A stretch of 63,876 bases of DNA, filler included, from Anaerolineae bacterium (GTDB taxonomy: Bacteria > Chloroflexota > Anaerolineae > Epilineales > Epilineaceae): the NCBI GenBank assembly GCA_029262755.1. It is 6 parts of 6 records of this genome, joined end to end, with 100 filler letters (N's around TTAATTAATTAA, not from the genome) between each part and the next. Parts side by side here need not be neighbours in the genome. Positions count along the whole stretch, not along the records: positions 1 to 24,471 come from JAJCYU010000185.1; 5 more parts are not named here. The stretch is one strand, 5' to 3'. Within the stretch, counting starts at the first letter, position 1; each line of letters begins with the position of its first letter. Of this stretch, positions 9,099 to 18,492 are shown piece by piece. The position numbers and the translations under genes are program-made. The notes under the pieces are model-generated. The model had not been told where the DNA came from. It ran no database searches and saw nothing but the letters and a program-made list of their open reading frames with translations.

Positions 9099-11638
9099 TG
9101 GTTGTGCGCCAGGGGCAGGAAGATCGTGGGCCGGGAACGCAGTGCGACCGTCTGCAAGATCGGCTCGACGGTGATCTTCGTCGGGACCCCGATGTGCAGA
9201 TCAAAGTCCACGGCTTCCACGACCACCCTGTATGTGCCCGGTGGAGGATAGAAGCCGTACCAGCCCGTAAAGCGGGTGGTCTGCGGATTCTGTTGGCCGT
9301 AGTACGAGGCGGCGTCCCACACCCTGTAGTTGTCGATGGCGGGATCGTAGGCGTAGAGCGTCACGGTCGCGCCACGTACTCGGTCATCGGTCGTGCCGCT
9401 TGCGTCCCAAATGAAGCCGTCCAGCGCCACGTTGACCGCCCCGAGTGCGATGGTCTCAACGTCTCCGCCGCAGCCGACCTCAGCGCGCAGCGTCCCGCCC
9501 TCGCCGAGCTCGAAGGTGGCCCGGTACGCGCCGCCACCGGCGTCCGCGGCCTCGTAGCGTTCGCCGGCGTAGCGCACGGCGACCGTCGGCGTGCCGCTGG
9601 GGCACGCGACCGGCAGCTCCAGCGTCAGCGGGGCGCCCGGATGGAAGTGCGCCTGCCAGGTGCCGTCGCCGAGCACCGTGCAGCCGGATTCGGATGCGTA
9701 GGGCTGGACGTAGGGCACGCCCTCCAGGTCTTGGCGAAGCGTGATGCCGTCGGCGGCGATCCGTCGGGCGGGGTCGATCACGAGGCCGAGCCCGTCGCTC
9801 GGGCTGCTCGCGCCCGCCCCATCCGCGGTCTCGCTACGCGCGTGGATGATGTGGCTGCCGGTGGCCAGCGGCGCATCCGGCGTCCACGTGAAGGGCCCCC
9901 AAGAACCGCCTTCAGCCGGCCCGGCGGTTACGCGGCCGACCTCCTCGGTGTCCACGTACAGCACCACCGTGCTACCCGGCGCGGCAAATCCGTCCACCGT
10001 GGGCCGCGTTTGGCGCGTCGCGCCGCAGCGCGGTGCGGTGAGGAAGGGGCGCGGAAGCTGGCCCTCAAAGGGCTGGTAGCGCACGCCGTCCGAAACGACC
10101 TGGCCTTCGCCGGGCCAACCGGCCTGGCCGCAGCCGTCCCCGCGGTCCGACGCATCCGACGGTCCGCTGGCTGCGCCCCAGGCGTTGCTGCCTGCCTCGA
10201 TGCACGACTCGCGGTCGTCGTTGCGCACCGCGAAGCCTGCGTTGTCCTCAAAGCGGTTGTGGCCCGCTAGGTCCGCGCTTGCGTCGCGCTCCACCCGCAC
10301 GCCGTTGTGGCTATTCGTGAAGCTCGAGAAGCGCACCGTTGGCGCGGCGCCGCTGCGCACGTAGAGGGCGTCGCCGCGCTCCGGATCCCGCACGTCCGAA
10401 ACGTGCACGTCGAGCAGCGTCGGCTTGGCCTCTGCGCCGGAGACCGTGATGCCGCGATTCGCGCTGCGGCGCACGATCGTATGCGCCACGCGCGCGGATG
10501 CCTCGAGCACGAGAATGCCGTCGGTGTCCGAGCCACCCATTTCCAGCACCGCGTGCTCGATCCGGGTGCCCTCGCCCGTGGCTGCATCGTAGGCTGGACT
10601 GGAGGCACGAACGCGTAGCTCGCGCCATTGCCCGGGGCCGCCGGTATCGCTGTCGGCCGTGACGTGAACCTCGCGTCCGGGTTCGCCGAGCAGGCGAAGG
10701 GTGCCCTCGGCCCACAAAGAGTTGCCGGGCCCCATCCGAACGGTGGCGCCAGGCAGGACCGTCAGGCGGCCGCCCGGCGCGATCTTGAGCTGTGTGCCGC
10801 GCACGTAGTAGGCGTTGGCACGCCCCCCCAAAGCCGGCAGCGCGCCGTCGCCGTCCACGGTGCCCTGCACGAGCGCGCCGTTGAAGCCGTTGCCGAAGTA
10901 GCGGTTGGCTGCGATGCGCGGCGCGGCGTTGGGGTGCACGAACATGGCGTAGAGCAGGTTTGCCTCGAAGTAATTCCCTTCGATGACGGCGCTGCCGCTG
11001 CCGCGGATGCGTAGCGCCGCCGGCGGGTCCGCGTTGGACACGGCGGCCTGGCGCAGCTCGCTATCACGCACGGTCGGCGACATACCATCCGCGATGTCGA
11101 TACCGGCGCCTTCGCTGTTGGCAATCAGGCTGTTCGCCACGAGGACGTCGGAATGCTCCAGGATCAACATCGCCCTGCGGCGCGCGCCTCCACCCGTGAT
11201 CTCGACGTGTCGCAGCACGGAGGGCCCGCCGGCGATACGAATGCTCTCCCACTCGTCACCGCCCTCGACCCGCGCGATGCGGATCGGTGCTTCGGCCGTG
11301 CCCTCGGCGCGGATCGCCCCCTCGACCTCGATGAGCATCCGGCGCCCAATGTGAATCGCTGTTCCCGCCTCGACGGTCAAGGTCGCGCCCGCGGCCACGA
11401 GGATGTCATCGGTCAACACGTAGGGCCCGCCGGCTGCGCTCCACGTCGTGTTCGCGGCGATCGTGCCGCCGACGTCGGTCAGCGTGGCCGTCGCGCCATC
11501 GGCTGTCGCGGCCCGGACGATCGGCACGCGCGCCCCGAGCACGCTTGCGCCCAAGGACGCCGCGAAGAGCGCGGCCAGCGCGAGCACGAGCGTGGCCCGG
11601 ACGCCGCGGCGCGCGAACGCGCGGACGGTCGAGACCAT
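9095..11638 (-). CDS. Large secreted protein: parallel beta-helix repeats, Ig-like domain, carboxypeptidase-regulatory-like domain, C-terminal IFLPLAHNQ
   Basis: Signal peptide MVSTVRAFARRG..., GGTIAANTTWSAAGGPYVL, AEGTAEAPI, NAWGAASGP, QQNPQTTRFTGWYGFYPPPGTYRV; start may be 11752. Confidence 0.8.
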   Translation of the reverse strand: MVSTVRAFARRGVRATLVLALAALFAASLGASVLGARVPIVRAATADGATATLTDVGGTIAANTTWSAAGGPYVLTDDILVAAGATLTVEAGTAIHIGRRMLIEVEGAIRAEGTAEAPIRIARVEGGDEWESIRIAGGPSVLRHVEITGGGARRRAMLILEHSDVLVANSLIANSEGAGIDIADGMSPTVRDSELRQAAVSNADPPAALRIRGSGSAVIEGNYFEANLLYAMFVHPNAAPRIAANRYFGNGFNGALVQGTVDGDGALPALGGRANAYYVRGTQLKIAPGGRLTVLPGATVRMGPGNSLWAEGTLRLLGEPGREVHVTADSDTGGPGQWRELRVRASSPAYDAATGEGTRIEHAVLEMGGSDTDGILVLEASARVAHTIVRRSANRGITVSGAEAKPTLLDVHVSDVRDPERGDALYVRSGAAPTVRFSSFTNSHNGVRVERDASADLAGHNRFEDNAGFAVRNDDRESCIEAGSNAWGAASGPSDASDRGDGCGQAGWPGEGQVVSDGVRYQPFEGQLPRPFLTAPRCGATRQTRPTVDGFAAPGSTVVLYVDTEEVGRVTAGPAEGGSWGPFTWTPDAPLATGSHIIHARSETADGAGASSPSDGLGLVIDPARRIAADGITLRQDLEGVPYVQPYASESGCTVLGDGTWQAHFHPGAPLTLELPVACPSGTPTVAVRYAGERYEAADAGGGAYRATFELGEGGTLRAEVGCGGDVETIALGAVNVALDGFIWDASGTTDDRVRGATVTLYAYDPAIDNYRVWDAASYYGQQNPQTTRFTGWYGFYPPPGTYRVVVEAVDFDLHIGVPTKITVEPILQTVALRSRPTIFLPLAHNQ

Positions 11639-11774
11639 GCGCCGGGCGCGATGGACGGTCGCGGAGGACGTGGGTGGAGGGGGGCCGACGAGGGGTACGG
11701 CGTGGGGCACGGCAAGCTCCGACGAGGCAGGTTGGCGGGGCGAAGGGGTCATTCTAACGGGCGCCGTTGGGCCG

Positions 11775-12803
11775 TCAAAGGCTTTGACCTGTCTTGAGCC
11801 AATGAAGAGCGCGATCGCGATGCCATCGCACGAACGACGTCCCTTCGCGTAGTAGCGCAAGCGGCCCCCCCTGCCGGGCAAGCTCGCCTGCTCTGCCCGC
11901 GATGCGCAGCGGCCACGGATCCAACGCGAAGGCTGGCGGATAGCCCCAAACCGCCATCTCCGGACCGCATACTGCATGGAAGCGCGCCTTTTGGCCTTCC
12001 GTCCAGGCCAGGCGCAGGTCGTAGTCTCGGGGAGCCCGCTCGGGAAACGAACTGTTCTCCCTGCGCCCTGCGAAGAGCTCCGCGACATCGTCCACATACT
12101 GCCCTCCGCCCACAAAGGCCGTGAGGCGCTCGGCAACCTCCCGCGGAGTGCTTGCGATGTCGGCCTGGGCGATTTCCAAGGCGCGTTCGCCAAGCTCTTT
12201 GCGCACCTGCCGCCAGGTTGCCTGCGTCTTGGCCCAATCGCGGCACATGACGTGGAAGATATCCGGTTGGTCGGGCCACATGCGCAGCCCCGACTCGACG
12301 GTCGCGGCTCCGTCGCGGTGCACAAACACGAATTGCGCCCGCGGAAACATGCGTGCAAGGCGCGGCGCGAGCCCAACGGCCTCGGAGCCGGGCGTCTTGT
12401 CGACCCAGCGCTGCGACTCGCTGCCGTCATAGGCAACGTGAATATCCGGCACGTGATGCCGATGGAAGCGGTCGATGGCCAGCGCGAGGTATTGGGAAAA
12501 GGCCGCGTCCCGGCCGTCGCCGAAGGCAAAGGCACCCAGACGTAGCTCCGGCAGGTGCTCGCCGTCGCGCAACCGATCGAAGGTGGCGACGAGCTCGTGC
12601 CACAAATGCCCCTCGGCAAAGCCGCGGAATCCCGCGGCGTGCAACCCCATCGCAACGATCGAGGTCCCGGATCGCTGCATGCCGAGCACGAAGATCGGAT
12701 CGAGCGTGGCCCACGTGTCGCGGACGGCGTCACGCGGGGCGTTCCACGCGGGGGTTGCTTCCTTCTCGTGGGCGGGGAAGGGTGCCTCGTGGTCCTGGCT
12801 CAC
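11775..12803 (-). CDS. Sulfotransferase (Sulfotransfer_3-like)
   Basis: PIFVLGMQRSGTS (5'-PSB loop), RWVDKTP, FPRAQFVFVHRDG; GTG start after CAGGAG. Confidence 0.88.
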   Translation of the reverse strand: MSQDHEAPFPAHEKEATPAWNAPRDAVRDTWATLDPIFVLGMQRSGTSIVAMGLHAAGFRGFAEGHLWHELVATFDRLRDGEHLPELRLGAFAFGDGRDAAFSQYLALAIDRFHRHHVPDIHVAYDGSESQRWVDKTPGSEAVGLAPRLARMFPRAQFVFVHRDGAATVESGLRMWPDQPDIFHVMCRDWAKTQATWRQVRKELGERALEIAQADIASTPREVAERLTAFVGGGQYVDDVAELFAGRRENSSFPERAPRDYDLRLAWTEGQKARFHAVCGPEMAVWGYPPAFALDPWPLRIAGRAGELARQGGPLALLREGTSFVRWHRDRALHWLKTGQSL

Positions 12804-13023
12804 ACATCGCTCCTGGTCTGTCGAGCCTTTCGAAAGCGGCCGTGGGCCGCTCCTGCCGGACGGTGATTCCGTCCATTGCAGCGGACCCGAGACGCGTCCC
12901 CGCATAGGGGCAGCGTACGCCGCGTCACGGCGCACTGTCAACATCGCGTGCTCGGCACCACCTTGGATCGAATTGGGCGTATGCTACAGGGATAGTCACG
13001 ACACAATCATCGAGGAGGCTGCC

Positions 13024-13941
13024 ATGTTGTTGCCGTTCCTGTTCACCGTGGATCAACAGACCGCGCGCATCATCCAACGCTTCGGCAAATTCGAACGCGT
13101 AGCCGGTCCCGGCCTCCACCTCTACAGTCCCTTCTTCGAGACGGTCTCACAGCCGATCAACCTGCGCGTCCAACAACTCGACGTCAAGATCGAGACGAAG
13201 ACCGAGGACGACGTGTTCGTGAAGGTCGTGGTCTCCGTGCAGTACGCCGTGCGCGAGGACAAGATCTACGAGGCCTTTTACAAGCTCGAACATCCCGAGC
13301 GCCAGATGTCCTCGTACGTCTTCGACGTCGTACGCGCCCGTGTTCCCTTGATCAAGCTGGACGACGTGTTCGAAAAGAAGGACGACATCGCCGATGCCAT
13401 CAAGGGCGAGCTGTCCGAGGTCATGGGCGATTTCGGCTACGGCATCCTGAAGGCCCTGGTCACCGACATCGATCCCGACGCCAAGGTCAAGGAGGCGATG
13501 AACGAGATCAACGCTGCCCTGCGCATGCGCGTCGCGGCCACCGAAAAGGGCGAGGCCGACAAGATCCTCGTGGTGAAGGCCGCCCAGGCCGAGGCTGAGA
13601 GCAAGGCGCTCTCCGGCAAGGGCATCGCCGATCAGCGTCGCGCGATCATCGATGGCCTTCGCGAGTCCATCGACGACTTCCAGAAGGCCGTCCACGGTGC
13701 GACGGCGCAGGACGTGATGAACATCGTCCTGCTCACGCAGTACTTCGACATGCTCAAGGAGTTGGGCGCCAACGCCAACACGAACACGGTACTGGTCCCG
13801 CACACCCCGGGCGCCGTCACCGACCTCGCCGAGCAGATCCGCACGACCATGCTCACCACCGACACGGTGCGCGGCGCGCGCGAGGCGGCCGCGGACGCGG
13901 CGTGGAACGGCGAGCCGGAGGCCTGGTCGGACGAGGGCTAG
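13024..13941 (+). CDS. SPFH/band 7 domain protein
   Basis: GAGGAGG RBS; QRFGKF, ETKTEDDVFV, YVFDVVRARVP, AMNEINAA, LLTQYFDML. Confidence 0.93.
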   Translation: MLLPFLFTVDQQTARIIQRFGKFERVAGPGLHLYSPFFETVSQPINLRVQQLDVKIETKTEDDVFVKVVVSVQYAVREDKIYEAFYKLEHPERQMSSYVFDVVRARVPLIKLDDVFEKKDDIADAIKGELSEVMGDFGYGILKALVTDIDPDAKVKEAMNEINAALRMRVAATEKGEADKILVVKAAQAEAESKALSGKGIADQRRAIIDGLRESIDDFQKAVHGATAQDVMNIVLLTQYFDMLKELGANANTNTVLVPHTPGAVTDLAEQIRTTMLTTDTVRGAREAAADAAWNGEPEAWSDEG

Positions 13942-13994
13942 CCGGAAGCAGGGACCGCGGCCGGCACGGCGGCGGTGAGCAAGGTAGGTTGTAG

Positions 13995-14029
13995 GAAAGG
14001 GCGGGGGTCGCGAGATCCCCGCCTTCTTT
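13995..14029 (+). terminator. Probable intrinsic terminator between convergent genes
   Basis: AAAGGGCGGGGGTC-GCGA-GATCCCCGCCTTCTTT stem-loop followed by a pyrimidine run. Confidence 0.65.
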
Positions 14030-14126
14030 GCGTTGGGGCGAAGGGCGCTGCGGCTGACGGATGGAGCCCGTGGCTTGCGATTCCGTCCAGGCAACGTGGT
14101 CGCGACCCTGTCTAACCGCTAGCGCG

Positions 14127-14510
14127 CTACCTCGCCCGGCCCCGGTAGCGCAGCCACATCAGCAGCCCCATGGTCGGGAACACCGTGAAGCACAGCGGCA
14201 CCGGGATGTCGAACAGTCGCGGGCAACTGTCGAGTCCCAGAAGTTCGCGAGCCGAGAAGTAGATCGAGGTCGCTGCCGCCAATGTCGCCGCGCCGTATAA
14301 GCCGTGGTCGCTCCAACGCGAGCCGACCAAGAGCGCGGCGAGCATCACTACGAAGAATACGTCGACGACAATGCACGCGGGGAGGCCGAGCAGCGGGTAC
14401 GTCGGGCACAGGCCGGGCGTCTGCGCGTTGAGCACGACCAGGTACGTCGTCCCAATGACCATGAACGTCGTGATCGCGACCATGGTACGGTGGTACGGGC
14501 GGGCGTTCAT
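14127..14510 (-). CDS. Small four-TM membrane protein with two Cys-pair motifs
   Basis: Hydrophobic helices; CPTYPLLGLPAC and CPRLFDIPVPLC. Confidence 0.7.
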   Translation of the reverse strand: MNARPYHRTMVAITTFMVIGTTYLVVLNAQTPGLCPTYPLLGLPACIVVDVFFVVMLAALLVGSRWSDHGLYGAATLAAATSIYFSARELLGLDSCPRLFDIPVPLCFTVFPTMGLLMWLRYRGRAR

Positions 14511-14621
14511 CGTTGTCTACCATTTGGGCTACGGATCGGATGGCAACCAGCGGTGGCCGACTTCGGGCTCGTGGCATGGGGGTCTGCAGAGAATGTCGGT
14601 CGCTGTAGCGCGATTCGCGGG

Positions 14622-15848
14622 CTACGTTCGCAGCCAATCGGGTACCGGCATCGAAAGGAAGTCCGCGAGCGGAATGCCGTCACCTCCGACCTGGAGCAGC
14701 TTGGTGGCGCCATGGGCTCGGTCGAAGGCCTCGAGGCCGGGCATGCGTGAACCGGCACGACCGCTCTTGACCTCGATCGCGACCAGAGCACCGGGGGCGC
14801 GGACCACGAAGTCCACTTCCTGACTGCGTTCGCGCCAGTAGTAAAGCTCGCAGGAGCCCTCGAAGGCCGCGTTCGCCAGGTGGGCGCCCACGGCGGACTC
14901 CGTAAGGCGGCCCCAATACGCGCGATCCGCGTTGGCGGCCCGGGGCCCCAAGCCGGTGACCGCCGACATCAGCGCCGTGTCGAATACCTGCAGCTTCGGA
15001 CTAGACGCCCTCTGTCGCACGGCCTGGCCGGAATACTTCGGCAGACCCCGCACCATACCGGCCCCCGCCAGGAGCTCCAGGTAGTGCGCGAGCGTGGTCG
15101 TATTGCCTGCGTCTTGTAGTTGGCCGAGCATCTTTGTATAAGAGAGGATCTGGCCGGAGTAGTGACAGCCTAGGTCGAACAGCCGCCGCAGCAGGGCCGG
15201 TTTGTTGACCTGGGTCATCAGCAGCACGTCTCGGCCGATGGTCGTCTCGATGAGCGAATCCAGGATGTATCGGCGCCAACGGACGGGGTCCGCGATCAGC
15301 GGCGCTGCGCCTGGATAGCCTCCGAAGTACAGGAATTGGTCGAGCGAGAAATCGAATGCGGATTGCATCTCGCGAAGGGACCAATGCGGCACGCGCAGCA
15401 CCTCGAAACGCCCGGCGAGACTTTCGGTGAGCCCTTGCTGCATGGGCAACGGTGCAGAGCCAAGCAATACGACCCGCAGGTCCCGTCCCTCGCGACCGTC
15501 CTCATCCCACAGACGCTTGGCCGTTTCGGACCATCCGCGCACTTTCTGCACCTCGTCGATGACCAGCACGACTCCGCGCGCAGCACTGTCAGATGCGTCC
15601 GCCGGTACGAGCAGGCGAGCGCGCTCCCACTGGGCGCGCAGCCAGCTTGCGTCTCGCAGCGAAGGCTCGTCGGCAGAGACGTAGACGCTTGGACCTGGCC
15701 AATCGGCGAGGACCTGGCGAACGAGCGTGGTCTTTCCGACCTGACGCGGGCCGGCGACAACGTTCAGGAAGCGACGGGGCTCGCCTAGCCGACGCGCAAG
15801 GTCGTCGGCCATGGTGCGGCGATAGGGTAGGGTTTCCGGATTACTCAT
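14622..15848 (-). CDS. AAA_14 family ATPase with DUF4143
   Basis: GPRQVGKTT (Walker A), VIDEVQK (Walker B), ESLAGR, YFGGYP, YYWRERSQEVDFV...IEVKSG. Confidence 0.92.
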   Translation of the reverse strand: MSNPETLPYRRTMADDLARRLGEPRRFLNVVAGPRQVGKTTLVRQVLADWPGPSVYVSADEPSLRDASWLRAQWERARLLVPADASDSAARGVVLVIDEVQKVRGWSETAKRLWDEDGREGRDLRVVLLGSAPLPMQQGLTESLAGRFEVLRVPHWSLREMQSAFDFSLDQFLYFGGYPGAAPLIADPVRWRRYILDSLIETTIGRDVLLMTQVNKPALLRRLFDLGCHYSGQILSYTKMLGQLQDAGNTTTLAHYLELLAGAGMVRGLPKYSGQAVRQRASSPKLQVFDTALMSAVTGLGPRAANADRAYWGRLTESAVGAHLANAAFEGSCELYYWRERSQEVDFVVRAPGALVAIEVKSGRAGSRMPGLEAFDRAHGATKLLQVGGDGIPLADFLSMPVPDWLRT

Positions 15849-15882
15849 AGCATTGAGTAATTTAACTCAGCGTTCTGAGTAA
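15841..15882. promoter_or_regulatory. Two tandem 7-6-7 palindromes overlapping the ATPase start codon (putative operator)
   Basis: TTACTCA-tagcat-TGAGTAA (15841-15860) and TAACTCA-gcgttc-TGAGTAA (15863-15882). Confidence 0.6.
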
Positions 15883-16109
15883 AGCGAGACGGGGAAGACG
15901 GCAGCTCGCCTGGTTGCTACCAGTCCCAGCCCGCCATGAAGGCTAGGGTGGCAACAAGAACCGCTACCGATCCCGCCACGATGAGCACGGCAATGACACT
16001 CGCCACCGCGACACTAGCCTGCGGCAGACCGTGCGACTTCCTGCCCGTCAGGGCTCGCATGCTCATTCTGGTGTACCACCATGGCAACCCGTTGTGCGAG
16101 CAACAGCGC

Positions 16110-18329
16110 TCAGCGCACCGCCCACGGCAGGTAGGCCATAGCGACCGGAGCCGGGCGATGCACCGTCAGGACCGCGATGCCACCCCGATCCCCCGCGATG
16201 TAGACGCGCTCGTCGTCGACATCCACATCGGCGAGATAGCTGGGTACCCCGATCGACGCGCCCGTGGCCCAGGCCACCTCGCGTGGACGGCGACGATCCC
16301 GCAGGTCGATCGCCTGGATCCAGAAGGTGTGCAGGACGATCGCAACGCGGTCGGACAAGACTACGTCGACGACGCGGTTGGGGCCCCGCGTGTCGTCGGG
16401 AGCCGCCGCGTCGAGGCTGGCGATGCGCGTCGGGTGCGCTGGCTCTCCCACATCGATTACGTGGAGAGTGCCATCCGAGTCGAGCAACACCACCGTGTCG
16501 CCTTGGACGGCGATTTGCCAGGTGCTGCCGCCCAAGGGAAGCGTGGCGATCTGCGTTGGCTGGACCGGATCGGACACGTCGATCACGTGGAGGCCGTCGC
16601 TGCCGACGCCGTAGATGTAGCCGGGCGCGTGGGCGATGTCCGACACCCGCCCCGCCAGATCCACGAAGCCCGTCTCTACGGTGGCGTCCGGTACCGAGAC
16701 GTCGTAGATGCTCAGTCGGGAGCCTGCCGATGAATCCGGATGACGCGCCATCACGAAGGCATGTCTTCCCGAGACAGCCATCGCGGTGGGCGGGATGCGC
16801 GAGGCGATCTGCGCTGCCAGCCGTGGCGCTGCGGGGGCGCCGAGATCCACGACGAGGAAGCCCCGGTTCTCGTCGGCGATGTAGGCAATGTCGCCCTGGA
16901 GCGCCACCTCGCAATCCGCGCCGCAGATGCCGCCCACGTTGAGCTGGGCAGCCGCTGTCATACGCTCAGGCTGCGCGACATCGAGGCTCCACAGTCCGCC
17001 GGTCGCGTGGTCGCCTACGACGGCCGTGCCACCACCGGCCGCGATGGCCCTTGGCGCGATCGCCTGATCGTACACGGCCGCCAACTCCGGTGATGCAGGG
17101 TCCGTGACGTTGATTACCCGGAGACCGCCGAATTCCTCCGCTACGAACATCCACGGGCCCGCAACGTCCATCTCGTTGCCGACCCCGTTGTACAACTCGG
17201 AGCTGCCAGCCAGCTCGGGCCGCTCCGGGACGGAAACGTCGATGCGCATCTCGCTGCCCATGACCCCGCGTGCTTCCGGGCCAGAGTAGTGGCTGGCGAG
17301 CATGAAGAGCGTATCGCCAACCAGACGGAGGCGCCCGGGCTTCTTAAGACGGTAGCGGAGGTCGAGCCGCCCGATCTCGCGTGGTGCCAACGGCTCCGCG
17401 ACGTCGATCACGAGCACGAACACGTGGGTGGGAAGCGGGGCTGCGCCCGCCGCAACGCCGTCTGCGCGGAAGACGTGATCCAGCGGATCGTCGTCGTAGC
17501 GCCACATCCCCACGTAGGCGCGACCATCGCGCACGGTGATGCTCTGCGCCACGCCTTCGACCAACGGCGCCAGACGGCTCAGCTCGCGCGGTTCCTCCGG
17601 CCGGGCGATATCCACGACAATGACATCGCCGGCACTGGTCGCCACATGCAGCAAGGTGCCATCGAGCGCAATGTCCTGGACGCGCTCGATCCCCGACACT
17701 AGGCCAATCCACGTGGGGGCCGTGATTTCCCGAACATCGACGATGCCGAGTCCTGGCGGCCCGCCAATGAAGGCGTACCCACCGGCGACGACAAGGTCGG
17801 AGAACGCTTCGGTCATCTCGGCCGGCACCGCCAAGGACCCGACAAGCCGAGGATCCGCAATCGCACCGCCAATCTCTAGGACGTCAATGTATCTGCCGGA
17901 CGTCAGGACAAGCGCGTGGCCATCCGTGAGGGCGATGTCTTGGACGACCTGCTCGGCAACGTATTGGCCGATCTTGCGCGGCTGCCGAGGCAACGAGACG
18001 TCTAGCACGTCGACGTGCGCGCCGAGCGCGAGGTAGGCCGCGTTGCCTTCGACTGCGATCGAATAGGAACGACCACCGAATTGGCCAACGCGCTCGATCG
18101 GCCAGGGGCTAGCCTGCGCGGAGACCGACGCGGCATGGCCGGCCGGGCCGGCGAGGAGCAGCGCGAGGACCGCGGCCGTGGCGGTCGCGGCGGCGGCGGC
18201 GACGACGGCTGCGATAGAGCCGATCGTAGCCGGGCGGCGGATGGTGGAGGGCAGCGGGGCAACGCCATCGGGCCGGCGTTGATCGTGGGGAGGCGCCAGT
18301 GGCGGCGCATGCGAACTCGGGAACGGCAT
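16110..18329 (-). CDS. Secreted LVIVD-repeat (beta-propeller) protein, C-terminal AYLPWAVR
   Basis: AAGGAGG RBS, signal peptide, many VLDVS.P / LGIVDV / LHVIDVSDP repeats. Confidence 0.88.
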   Translation of the reverse strand: MPFPSSHAPPLAPPHDQRRPDGVAPLPSTIRRPATIGSIAAVVAAAAATATAAVLALLLAGPAGHAASVSAQASPWPIERVGQFGGRSYSIAVEGNAAYLALGAHVDVLDVSLPRQPRKIGQYVAEQVVQDIALTDGHALVLTSGRYIDVLEIGGAIADPRLVGSLAVPAEMTEAFSDLVVAGGYAFIGGPPGLGIVDVREITAPTWIGLVSGIERVQDIALDGTLLHVATSAGDVIVVDIARPEEPRELSRLAPLVEGVAQSITVRDGRAYVGMWRYDDDPLDHVFRADGVAAGAAPLPTHVFVLVIDVAEPLAPREIGRLDLRYRLKKPGRLRLVGDTLFMLASHYSGPEARGVMGSEMRIDVSVPERPELAGSSELYNGVGNEMDVAGPWMFVAEEFGGLRVINVTDPASPELAAVYDQAIAPRAIAAGGGTAVVGDHATGGLWSLDVAQPERMTAAAQLNVGGICGADCEVALQGDIAYIADENRGFLVVDLGAPAAPRLAAQIASRIPPTAMAVSGRHAFVMARHPDSSAGSRLSIYDVSVPDATVETGFVDLAGRVSDIAHAPGYIYGVGSDGLHVIDVSDPVQPTQIATLPLGGSTWQIAVQGDTVVLLDSDGTLHVIDVGEPAHPTRIASLDAAAPDDTRGPNRVVDVVLSDRVAIVLHTFWIQAIDLRDRRRPREVAWATGASIGVPSYLADVDVDDERVYIAGDRGGIAVLTVHRPAPVAMAYLPWAVR

Positions 18330-18492
18330 CGGGCGTCCTCCTTGAACTCGGCGGCTCGCACACAGGGGTGTGGGTAGCGGCTATCGATGGGGCTTGCGGT
18401 CGTGTGAGGACTCGACAGAACTCGGTGGTCTGCCGGTACAGCCGGCTACCACCAGCGAACTCAACCTACAGGCATGGAGTCTCTGCATGCCG

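Noticed and set aside
7797..10270. Long plus-strand ORFs (7797..9251, 9089..10270) and similar Arg/Ala/Pro-rich ORFs throughout
   Set aside because: Antisense or off-frame shadows of real genes, expected in high-GC DNA; no family motifs.
11639..12733. N-terminal ~365 aa of the 1212-aa ORF 9095..12733
   Set aside because: It overlaps the sulfotransferase in another frame and has shadow-like composition; the signal peptide starts near 11638.
12475..13023. N-terminal extension of the SPFH ORF
   Set aside because: Antisense to the sulfotransferase; a strong RBS and ATG lie at 13024.
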